Shown here one piece after another: positions 51,379 through 62,665 of a stretch of 64,000 bases of DNA. Below the pieces are notes generated by a model, which was given only the letters and a program-made list of their open reading frames with translations, was not told the origin of the DNA and did not search any database. Positions within the stretch are counted from its first letter, which is position 1, and each line of letters begins with the position of its first letter. The stretch lies in NCBI RefSeq assembly GCF_037042905.1, contig NC_087263.1:8742001-8806000 (forward strand). The letters run 5' to 3'. A program made the translations under genes and the position numbers. This DNA is from Lytechinus pictus. Taxonomy: Eukaryota.

Positions 51379-52034
51379 ATTACCTGTCCTGTGACAGGCA
51401 AAATTTTTGAATCCCCTTAAGTATGAAATTATTTCTCGCCATCATCTGCAGTTCAATCACCACCAGGGCCCCCTTACTTAAAAATCACCATTATGGTAAC
51501 TTAGCCATCCGATAGTATCTTTCATGGAATCCTTGATTTTGATTGGCTGATGAGCATTGTTACCATGGTAGTTTCCACTGGATGGCAAAGTAAATGTAAA
51601 ATGCCAAGCAAGTTTTTCCTAAAAGCACGAACTGATATATTCACTCTTACAACAGTTCAGACATTGAACACCTTAAGTGCAATGGGAACTTTCCGAAAGG
51701 TAGGTTGAATTTTAAGAACATGAATGTCCCCTGAAAAAAACGCATTATATAATTACATTTAGACACCAAGTCTTTTTCGCAAAGGGATTTTTATGGCAAA
51801 TGTTGCTTTCAATAAATACAGAAATCAAACTGATGAGAAACCGCTGAAAATCGCCCCAATTGGATGCCGAGAAATAAAGTCATGATTTTTTCAGTGTTCT
51901 TTTTTCACTTAATATCACAATAACGACATAAACCAAAATAGCTACATGTAGATCAACAAACACACACACAACAAATCGATGGCCGAACTCGAATTGTGCC
52001 ATTGTTATTCTTAAGCAGGTTTAAATCCTATCAA

Positions 52035-52545
52035 AGACAAAGTCCACCCCCAACAAAAAGTTAATTTGAATAAAAGGAGGACAATTCCAGCAAGCATAAC
52101 ACTAAACATTTCATCAAAATCGGATGCAAAATAAGGTTTTGGCATTTTATAGTTTCGCTTAATGTCACAAAACAGTTATATGCACATCATGACTGGTATG
52201 CAAATGAGGCGACTGATGACGCCACCCACTCACTATTCCTTTTGTATTGTATTATATCAATTATGAAAATTATATTTTTCTCCTCAATGACATGTGAAAC
52301 GAAATTTCATTCCTCCCTGAACATGTGGAATTACCATTATTTTAACAGTTTATGGTAAAGTCAAGTTGGTCCTTATTGTCAAATCTGCAAGAAAATGTAA
52401 TATTGTATAATTAAAAAAATAACAAACATAATAGATCATGAGGGACATCATTGACTCTCTCGTTTACATATCATGTAGTTGTGCATTAAGATTAAGATTT
52501 TCTCTACTGATTCAAATCAACTAATTTCTTGGGTGGACTTGACCT
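52035..52545. mobile_element. Second copy of the Kolobok-like element
   Basis: Termini AGACAAAGTCCACCC / GGGTGGACTTGACCT; shares internal blocks (aacaagcataa, ttcatcaaaatc, cactcactatt) with 1661-2249. Confidence 0.75.
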
Positions 52546-53255
52546 TTACGTTTTGTTAAGACAAGAATGGTGAGCACGGGTTTAATTGAAATGTCCATTG
52601 GGTACATTTTTTAACTACTCAGTAGCAATACAATGTAATACAAAAAAAGAAACTGTCACAAGTCATTTCTGATATTTAACTTTTAAGCAACAACTCGACT
52701 TCGGTATAAAAGGATTAGGGCCTTCTAAGTACATAGTATCAAAAGAGGTTAAAAGCAGAAGAAGAACGCAGTTTGAATAAATAAATGTGAAAATCATAAG
52801 ATCAGTTGATATAATATATATATCTATGTTTAACATAGTGTGATGAAAACAATCAACAGGATATCAAACAATTTGCTTTCAACAACTGCTTTCACCACAC
52901 TGTGTTTAATAAGCTAAGCTCAAGAGCCTCTGGTAAAAGTAAACTTATCATCACGATATATATATATCCATATATCTCTTTCCCCTTAAATTAAACCTTC
53001 TAACATATATTAATGTAGTATAATGTTATAGCAAGACCTGAGATTAGGATGAAATTCAAAGCAGCTGGTAAGTGGAGCTTTCAAAACAAGAGCCGATTAA
53101 AAAATATTCAGGCGCCATGCCCCTTGACCCCAATTACAAAAAATATATTAAATGAATAAGGATTCTATAGGTTTACTTCTTATAATAATTCCTAGTAATA
53201 TTTCGTAAAATAGTTCTCAAGATGTTTTTTTTTTATAATGATACAAAAACAGCAA

Positions 53256-54857
53256 TCAAGCAATGCTGTGGGGTCCTTCTAGTTTCCGGGCCATCCGTCC
53301 AAACCCTAAAAATGTCAGAAAGTTTCTACGAAAATGGACGTTAGTGAAAGCATACAGTAAAGGATTCAGTGCACTGTTGATCCAAACTAGATTCTCCACC
53401 ACTATGAAGACTGTTTCTGGGATACATTCGTAACTGCAACTAATGCCTATCACAACTGTAATATTGTAAGGCAACCAGCAGAATATGAACACCGAAACCA
53501 GAACAGCAAGTATGAACGCGGCTTTCCGTTCCCGTTTAAATTCCCGTTGTTTCTTCTTCAATTTAGTTTTCATACCCTCAAGGTTCGAGCTAGGCGTTGC
53601 TTCGGGGCTTTCGTGTTTCCGTTGCTCCCCTTTGCACACCGAGAAAACATTCTGTTTGAGTTCAGGAGTCTGTTGAATCGACTCGTCAACGTTCATGTTT
53701 TCGCGCTCTCCAGATTGATCGTCGTTCGTCGCGCAAACGTTATTCTCGTCTATCGCGATACTGCTAGCCGATGCCCCACCATTCGACAATGACGACGTAG
53801 CGACATCGCTCTGTTGTTCGTACGCGGGGTTGTGATGGCATTCTGAGGCTTTTCTGTTAGTAACGGTGACGAGGATGACCGCAGGGTCCCTTTTCTTAGT
53901 CTTTGTTTCTATTCCGGCGACGGGAGGCACTTGCTTCTTGCGCAGAGCACGAAGCAAGAATGTTGTTCTGCCTGACGTTATTTTGACACCACTTTCACGC
54001 TGTATAGATTTGTCCAAGGCATCGATGCCTCTCGCTCGCTCGCGAATCATCCTGTAAACCTGAATATTCAAGATCGCTATGATCATGGCAGGAATAGCAA
54101 AATTTGTTATTACCACACAAATCAAAGCAGAGAGGTTGAAGACGAACTCGCTCTCACAAAAGTTTGAGAAGTCGACGTTGAATTGACCTACAATTGCAGA
54201 CCAGGCAAATATTAGAACAAGAAATATAGCCGAGACTACTGACCAGCATATCCCTATCGTCGTGTCAACGCGTCGCTGTGTTTGGAATGAAGCGTAAGCT
54301 GCCTTCTTGCTGAGCAGCCAGTAGCGATCGAGGCTGATGAGGATGATGGTGATCACTGACATAGCTGTCACTGTGAAGTCGACGAAAGACCACACCTTGC
54401 ACAAGTATTCTCCGAATATCCACACACCCACGAGGTTCCACCCAAAGTAAACAGGCAATGTGAAAGCCCCAACTATGAAATCGGCAATGGCGAGATTGAG
54501 GATGAACGTGTTCGCGACGCTACGTCGAATCCTTGGGTCGCGATGGTAAGCGACCATGACGAAGATATTTCCGACTACGGTTATTATGATGAGGATGCCA
54601 TAGATGATGCTGATTATACCAAGGTGCCACGGCGGTTTCGTGAAGGTTCCGAAGTCGTCAGCATATGGCGATGAGTCGTTGCTCGTACCGTTCACCATAG
54701 AGGGGTGTATTCCCAAACTTCCACTGATTCCCGATGTCATGTATGTCTCCACGGTCAGCTGTATGTCGGTATCGTTCCCCAGTATCTCCGTCTTCTTGGT
54801 CGAAAGCGTGCTACTGATCCTGGTAGCCGTATGAAGCGTGGTCTTGGCGCTCTCCAT
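53256..54857 (-). CDS. Rhodopsin-class aminergic GPCR, histamine-receptor-like, 533 aa, single coding exon
   Basis: Seven hydrophobic segments with GN (TM1), NLAIADF (TM2), CKVWSFVDF with D3.32, DRY, CWLPY and NPLLY; N-terminal sequons NDT/NGT/NDS; long third intracellular loop. Start context acaaaATGG. A 5'UTR acceptor (tttctttctgtctgccgcAG) opens the exon at 55097. Confidence 0.93.
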   Translation of the reverse strand: MESAKTTLHTATRISSTLSTKKTEILGNDTDIQLTVETYMTSGISGSLGIHPSMVNGTSNDSSPYADDFGTFTKPPWHLGIISIIYGILIIITVVGNIFVMVAYHRDPRIRRSVANTFILNLAIADFIVGAFTLPVYFGWNLVGVWIFGEYLCKVWSFVDFTVTAMSVITIILISLDRYWLLSKKAAYASFQTQRRVDTTIGICWSVVSAIFLVLIFAWSAIVGQFNVDFSNFCESEFVFNLSALICVVITNFAIPAMIIAILNIQVYRMIRERARGIDALDKSIQRESGVKITSGRTTFLLRALRKKQVPPVAGIETKTKKRDPAVILVTVTNRKASECHHNPAYEQQSDVATSSLSNGGASASSIAIDENNVCATNDDQSGERENMNVDESIQQTPELKQNVFSVCKGEQRKHESPEATPSSNLEGMKTKLKKKQREFKRERKAAFILAVLVSVFIFCWLPYNITVVIGISCSYECIPETVFIVVENLVWINSALNPLLYAFTNVHFRRNFLTFLGFGRMARKLEGPHSIA

Positions 54858-56191
54858 TTTGTAAACTTTTCCTCACAAAATGGACGGCAGCAAATTCACA
54901 AACAATTGTCGATGTATTTACATGGCTGCTATGTCGTCATTCAAAGCTTAGCCAATGGATTGCGATGCTGCTGCGATGCTGTTACGTGTTGTTGTGTGGT
55001 GTTACCTATAAAGAACTGAACGGGGAAGTGCTTTTTAAGTCCCAGTGGAGCCATGGATCATCTCTAATTCGTTGAAAGTGGTGAGGTCCAATTACTCCTG
55101 CGGCAGACAGAAAGAAAAACAAAATATCACACACCATATTACTAAAATACGAATACCACTTTCAAAAAGTGGCAAAAGGGAGGAACATTAGAAAGAGCAT
55201 AAGATAAAAGACGGATAGTGAATATGAAAGAGTGTGAAGACAAAAAAACATTCCTGTGTGATTTTTTTATTGTGGAGTCAATATTAGTTAGGAAATAGAA
55301 TGCCACGCTGTCATGTGAGAAAAATAACTCATGACAGTCTTCTCCAAGAGAAGGCACATTAAGAAAAATCGTACGTAAATAACAACGGAAGCAAAAACCA
55401 TCTGATATTCATGTCGAAACTTCTTAAGCTGTCGTCAGTCGGTTATACTGTACGTCTTAATTCAATTTGGAATGTATGCCAAAGACGATCTACCCCGCCA
55501 ACGTCGGTAAAGTTCTAGTTCTACATTTGGGTTTGTGGGGAAAATATTAATGTTGTTTGTAGATATTTACAATATACGCCGCATGCACCAACTGCATCAA
55601 CCGAGGCGTCCCACACGACGACTTACTGATTTATATTTCGTTACCGCCGGTAGGAGGGGGTGGGGGTCGTTAGAGATGGCCCTCTTCCATGCATTTTTGT
55701 ACAGAATTAGAAATTCGAGAGAAAACGCCCCCCCCCCCCACCGAATCAACGCCGATGCTGAGCGTAACAAAGCTCTTAGATAGGACAACCCCTTCGAAAA
55801 GGGTAACCCCCCCCCCCCCCATTATCCAAAATACGGATCATATCACATCAGGGAGAGGCCTTCCTATCATGTGTCGCTCCCCAGATATCACTTTACTGCC
55901 AAACTGAATCTCTTCGAATGCATCTGTCAAATGAACCAAGGGGGTAGTTGTCCCAGAACCACATTCGAGGCCACCACTGAACGATCATTTTCAAAAACTC
56001 AAATAACTTGATGCATTGAAGTATCAGCGCTCATTTTTTCGAGACAATTATTTATTAAACTGAACTTTTAGACGACGGTGTGGCCTCTTGAAAAGAGACC
56101 CGGCAACCCACACGCACAAACAAAACATGTGAAAGGAGTACGAGTATGCTTATCATTTGGAAATGAACGTAAGTTTAGCAAGGGGCTGGGA

Positions 56192-56514
56192 GCATGACCG
56201 TACGCAGGGGGGGGGTAGGGGGACATTTGCCCCCCCCCAAAAAAAAAAAAATAATTAAAAAAAATAATAATAAATAAATAAATAAATAAACATTGGGAAA
56301 AATTACAGGCATTTCCACTGAAAATTTTCACGGAATTCACCCAAAGTATGCGTGAAATCCTTCAATTTCACTTTTCAAAGTGCAAAAGCACCCCAATGAA
56401 AAGCTCGGTCGTTTCGCACCCTCTCTTTCAACACTGTTCAATTTTTTTTTTCCAAAAAAGCTTAAATGTATGCATCCTGCCCCCCCCCCCGCAAAAAATA
56501 TGTTTACGGCCATG
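56192..56514. mobile_element. hAT-like MITE
   Basis: CATGACCGTA / TACGGCCATG termini with G/C runs inside; target duplication not clear. Confidence 0.5.
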
Positions 56515-59500
56515 GGGAGAGTGCTTGGATCTACAATTTTATAGTGTTCTGCATGGAGTTATTCGAACGGTGTCTTACCTAAAAACTTACCAACATTTTC
56601 TTTGTTATGCCTTGACTCATATCAGCCTTCCTTTTTGTAAAGGAGTGTCAAATCGTAAAACCTCTCAATTCAGTACCCTACTTCCCTATGAAATCAAAAC
56701 CAATGAACAGCGACCTGAATTGTAATCCACTGAAAAAAAAAAAACTTTCTCTACAAAACGTCTAACAATAGCTTCAGGCGCGGTGTAATAGGTTGGTTGG
56801 AAGGAAAATACCACGTCTTTTTTTTTTCTTCTTATTCTTTTGAGAAGTCAAAAGGAAGCCCAAGAAGCAAAACGAAAAATGAAAATATAACAAGTGAAAT
56901 ATAAGTATAAATATGGCCAAGGTCGCTTATGATATCCCTACTATACAATTGAAAAGGGAAATGTCGTAACATTCAGGCCTCCTCCCCCACGTAAATTACG
57001 GTGTCACCTCTGAATGATGAAACGAGAAGAAGTGTGGCCTTTGCTATCATTTTATTTCGAAAAAAAAACTAAACCGTAATCCGTAACTAAACCGTTATAT
57101 CCCTTCTTTATTATCATGATGGATAATGGATGGATGTTGCGGTCTACCAATTTATTAAATTAGGAAACGAAAGGAAATGCGCTGCCCCACTATCATATTT
57201 TAAGGAAATGGAGTAATGTATTGAGAAACCGGTAATGTCATGAAACAGCAGAACATATTTCATCTCGAATGTGGCGACGGAGCGCATCCCGGCATGGATG
57301 TTACACCTTCGCTTATTTCTAGACTGTATGATATCGTTGTTATAAGGATGTGATTGCCCTATATGTGAGGGCATCAGGTGTTTCGTCGACCTCGGATGTA
57401 ATGACAGATAAGAAATGAAATGAAGGATTTCCCTTGCGAATAAATAAAGCGTCTTGCAAACACATTAACCTACCCAGCAGGCACTCTGAATCACGAATGG
57501 AATGATGGAAAATTAACCGCGCAACAACTAAAAAAGAAAGGCAACGAGATACCCCAAAACATCTTTGACACAGGTTAAAAATGAAATGTCTTTATTGGTG
57601 TTGCCACTTATTACATGTGCACGGTGATCTCAGTACTTATGATAAAACGCATTACCGCCCTTTCACTCGGTAAAAAAATCGTAATTTGAATGATGATTCC
57701 AGTGAAAAATAAGGCTAATGACGATTTTTAGCACGTGTGAAACCAAACTAGAATCACGAACGCTAATCACAATTACAAATTCAAATTCTACTCCGGAGAT
57801 GAATTCCAGTTAGGTTTCACTCAGATTACGAAACGAATTTTACGTGTGAAATGCTTGACCTCTAAAACATATTTTAGGGGGCGGAGCTTACGTGTCCTTT
57901 CAAGCACTTCCGTAGATAATACAAATGTCATGCGATGCAGTGCTTTGATTGACAAGTCCCCAAGGACACATACCGCCTTCGCTTGGGAATTCGAATTGAA
58001 ATCACAGTTTTCGAGTGAGTGTGTGAAAGGTCCGGTGATTCTAAAGACGAATTGTAATTATCAATACAATGCTGATTCAACATTCACGTGTGAAAAGGCC
58101 CTTAGTTTCCTTGATTGTGCATGCGTAATCCAATGGTTTATAGAGTGGGGGGACTTGGGGTCCCTCAAACAGTCCCAGTAAAAGAAAATAAGAAAAGAAA
58201 ACGAACTTAGGAAGATATGTCATGTAACACACAATACAGAAATTATATTAATTATTGTGATGATTCGTGGTGACGTTTTTATCAAGTAGTAATGAAGTAA
58301 TGTTTCTGGTTAAATGCACGTCCTTAATTTGTTGTTTAATTTAACGAATTGCACTCTTTCGCACTTTCCAATTTGATACTGGTTCTTTTTTATTTTCTTC
58401 AGTTATATATTTCCATGTTTCCTATTCTTCATTGAATACTTTACTATTACTAGAAGACACGTAATCTTAGAGAAACCTCGTGTAAATTCGAGGCAGTTTG
58501 AAGTAACCACAATAGCCGCAAAGCAATATTCCACCATTATCATGCCATGATTCTCTTTCAATTAACCTCATGGGGAAGGTTTAAGTGGCATAAAGTGGCA
58601 ATCTAAAATTAACAATTCATAATACATCGAATATGGGGAAGAATTATTAAATTCATAAACAGCTAGCACTTTCCCCTTGTGCACTGACAACATGTCATCA
58701 TTTAAACACTAAAGATCCTCTGATTTGAAGGAGAATATGATAGAGGGAAGGACGGGACATATGAAATTTATGATAAAAGAGGCTCAGCAGAACCCCCTCT
58801 TATTAATATCGAAAATCGCAAATCGCAAAGGGGGCATTTAGAAAATAAAGAGATTTAATGGGAAAATATAAAGTAGGTCAGCTAAAACCTTCACATTTTA
58901 TTAGGTAATTGAATATTCATAATGCATTTCATCTTTTTTTCTTATATTGTTCCTACTATTTTTTGTTTTCATTTTTATCTAGTTATATTTTCAAATACAT
59001 TCGTTTGCACATTATGAAATATTTCAATTTCTAAGAACTTTATTCGATTAAACCTTGAAAACATGGAATTACCACTATCTTCATTCCTTATGCTGCAATC
59101 TAAAAGTTTTTTATTATGCAATATGCAATGTGTAGATATTTCACTTTTATTGCACATAAAAATAACTAAGAAATGACGAGAGTGTGACATTGTATGCCCT
59201 CGAATTTGCATATAATCGCGTTGTACACAATCATACATTGATGTTCCATAGCAATTAAACGAAACCTCCTATTTTGCATCCCGGATGTGCTAATTTCATA
59301 CTTCTTGTCCTTTTATTCGAATCTAATTGTCTTGGAAAATTCGTGAATAGGCAAAATGTTTGAAAAGAAAATACAAAATATTAGACAAACGAGGATGTAC
59401 ACTGAAATATCAAAATAGAAAGATAGAAAATAGGAAAGAGTTGTTTAATTGGTGAATTTGCACGCAGCATATAAATCCATCAAGTAACAAAGAAATTATC

Positions 59501-60059
59501 AAATATGGCTGCTTTTGGCGGAGGTAATAAATCTTTCTTTAAGTGGTCCACATTTGATTGTAAAGTCAATAAAGACAACTCCAAAATGTATAATTATTGA
59601 ATATAAATCATATGCTACTTTAAGCACCGCACATTAAGGACTGTCAGTTTCCACCCATTCATGTCCTGGAATATAATTTTTTTCGTAAACTATTACTATC
59701 AAAAGAATAAAATTTCACCTAACTCTAACAAAATACTCACTTGGATAGTCGCGTTTGCATCTGATGGAGTAACAATAAAGACACCTTTTATCAACATACT
59801 CCAAATATTGGAGGCTTCCAAGGTATTAAACAAGGTCATCGACACACTTGAAGTTCCCAATACAATGCGACTACACTTAGCAGAATAGTAACAAATAGAG
59901 GAATATAGACGTTTAGTTACGAATGTTGAAGATGTTGAATTGCATCGGCAGAACTAGGTTAAAGTGAAATATCCCAATACTGCATGCTACAGGCACACAG
60001 AGTCCGCGAACGAGACCATCATACTCAATCTCTAAAATCCCTTACGGTGAAAAGCATTC

Positions 60060-60765
60060 TTATTCCCTAATTCGACTCTCAATCGTGAATAAATTATTTT
60101 CAGTCACGCCTCACTATCCTTAAGCACAACCAGTGCAACAACATCAACACCTGAAATATAAAACATTTATATACTTTACAAAAAACATACCTGTTTCGAG
60201 GGGAGCACCAAGCTTCGACGGCAAGACAAGCTAAACTTATAGCTCCCCCTCTCGGGAGCACCAAGCTTCGACGGCAAGACAGCACGAACGGTACTTACTG
60301 ACGAATGTACTGAGGCCTCCCTCTGAGTTCAGATCTCGAAGAACTCATCAATGTACTGTACATGCTGTAAGGCCTATTCATCCATCAGAATTCTCTTTGC
60401 TCTATCTTCTTGCATCCAGTCAATCGTCCACATATCCATCCCGAATAAGACGTCCGTACTGTGCTGTGTCGAACTCGGTCAGTGAATTCCGAATCGTTTA
60501 GGAATTCAGACACTCCTCACGCAAGCATTGTTATGCTAATCGGATACTTCTGCTAAGAAAAGAAAATGTATTTATTCCCTAATTCGACTCTCAATCGTGA
60601 ATAAATTATTTTCAGTCACGCCTCACTATCCTTAAGCACAACCAGTGCAACAACATCAACACCTGAAATATAAAACATTTATATACTTTACAAAAAACAT
60701 ACCTGTTTCGAGGGGAGCACCAAGCTTCGACGGCAAGACAAGCTAAACTTATAGCTCCCCCTCTC
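60060..60765 (-). repeat. Split direct repeats: B1 60572-60765, putative A2 60254-60571, B2 60060-60253
   Basis: Two 194-bp copies offset by 512 bp, identical by eye. 28 bp of B (60201-60228) recur at 60254-60281. Confidence 0.9.
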
Positions 60766-60956
60766 AGTCAATCAAAGAACGGGTAAACAAGAAAATGAGT
60801 TACACGACGCAATCATTTCAATTTAACCAACTTTAAATGTATGATAATAACATGTCTCATTCAACAATCTCATCGAACGCCTACAATCCATCTTTAACAA
60901 AGTTATACGTATAATCATACTAGGCTGAGGCTAATTTACCCGGTATAAAAATAATT

Positions 60957-61925
60957 CTAAAGCCCCAAATTCATAGAAATTGAAAGACAATCCTTCATAT
61001 TGTCTTTAATATATCCATCCTTAGCAGTCTCCGACCTCCACCTACCATGTTTCTTAAACAACCTGTCTGGAACACCAAAGTTCGCTGCTGCTGTGGCTCC
61101 GCCACTTCGGAGGCTATGCATGCCAAAACTCTTTGGATTCAACCCTACTTTCGCCAACGCCTCTCTCAATAATTCTAAACATCTAGTATAAGACAACTGT
61201 CCACGTCTTAACTTGTAACTATTACTGGATTTACAGTAATTTAGAGGCCTAAAAAGAAATACTTCATCAGAGGCATCGTTAAGCCCCGCTGCAATCAAAT
61301 ATTTCCTCAAAGCTAATACGGGGCAGGTGGGGAATTTGTAGCACCTATAAGAACCCATGCTCCTTGCCTGTAAATATCGGTTTTACTTTTCATGATGAAA
61401 GTATTCACATGAGACAAATACAAGTCTAAATCACATTTACGAATATGTATCATTTCATCAAATCGTAGAATGCCTGCGTAGGAAATCAAAATCATAGCAC
61501 ATAATCGAATATCTAATAGACTCGTTGAAGATCCATACTTCTCAACAACTGCTTTCAAAATGTCTGGGGTTATAACTTCTTTCTTAACGATCGGTTTGTT
61601 TAGTAATTTCTTTAAACATTGTAAAACAATATGTATGAACTTGCGATCACAGGGATTAACATTCATCCTTGGCTTGCAGTCAAAATGCCACTTAATGGCG
61701 TAAAAAGCCGATTCTATCCTCGAATAAGGAGCTTCTCTTTGATACAAATGAATAAGATAGCGACTAATATCTTCTGGTTCTGCTGTGTCAGAATTTACTT
61801 TATTTTGCTTACACTAATCTCTCCAGGTATTCAACGCTCTGTTGTATTTACTTATAGTGTTATCAGCTCTCGAAGCTGTCAAGACCTTGTTCAAAGTTAT
61901 ATCATATCCTTCATGAAGAGAATTT
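60957..61925 (-). pseudogene. Tyrosine recombinase of the retrotransposon (one TAG near 61815, one frameshift near 61335)
   Basis: ASRADNTISKY N-terminal region, GILRFDE, KSKTD, HSLRSGGAT, HGRW and DGYIK: the R-K-HxxR-H/W-Y catalytic set is readable. Split over ORFs 61313-61747 and 60957-61358. Confidence 0.9.
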
Positions 61926-62665
61926 CTGGATTTAAGAAAAAATAAACAAAACTTATAAGCTGGTATATATTTATCTCAACACAATATATTCAAATTGTGA
62001 TAAATTCTCAAGTTCAGTCATTCTTATCAAATTCTCAAAATTTAATCACTTCTAATACGTTTTACAGCAATGACAGCAAAATTAAACATTAACTATGCAG
62101 CTATCCTCAAACCAGGTGGTTTTATATTTTCACTAAAATTTCAGTATGAAATTCATTAGATCACAATTCCATATCATAATTCGTTTCAATCGTCTTGAAG
62201 GCTTAGCAAAACAATAGCTTTGGGATTCATTTCCTTTGCGAAAATATTTATTTTTGCCTTAAAACACTTGCAAAAAACTTTCTGAAACATTTCATTCACA
62301 AGAATTCTGTAATTTTGAGACTTTGAATGTTTTCAATTATCACCAATTTCTTCATTCTGAGCTCCGCCGCCAGTAAATTGTAACTAATTTGAGAATGAAA
62401 TCTCATATCAATTCCTTATCAACCTTTACGATGGTTATCCTTTTACATAATCATAACATTCTCCAATTTCCATCACCACTTCTTTGCTCTGCAGCATAAG
62501 TGGATCCTAGCTATGCAGCTATCTGCCATGCGGCCGTGTAAAAATTACATGTTGCATTCCAACAGTATAATTTTGAATTAACCTCCATCAAATGGATTTA
62601 TTACATACCAGCATTCATGTCAGCCATCTCTCACAAACCGTTTTTTTTTTTTTTTTTTTTTTTAA

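Noticed and set aside
60690-60780. Hammerhead ribozyme on - (CTGA-GAG, stem, GAAAC, GUA)
   Set aside because: The core lacks the CUGANGA spacing, stem I does not pair, and the CTGA is absent from the B2 copy. An Infernal search against Rfam hammerhead models would settle it.
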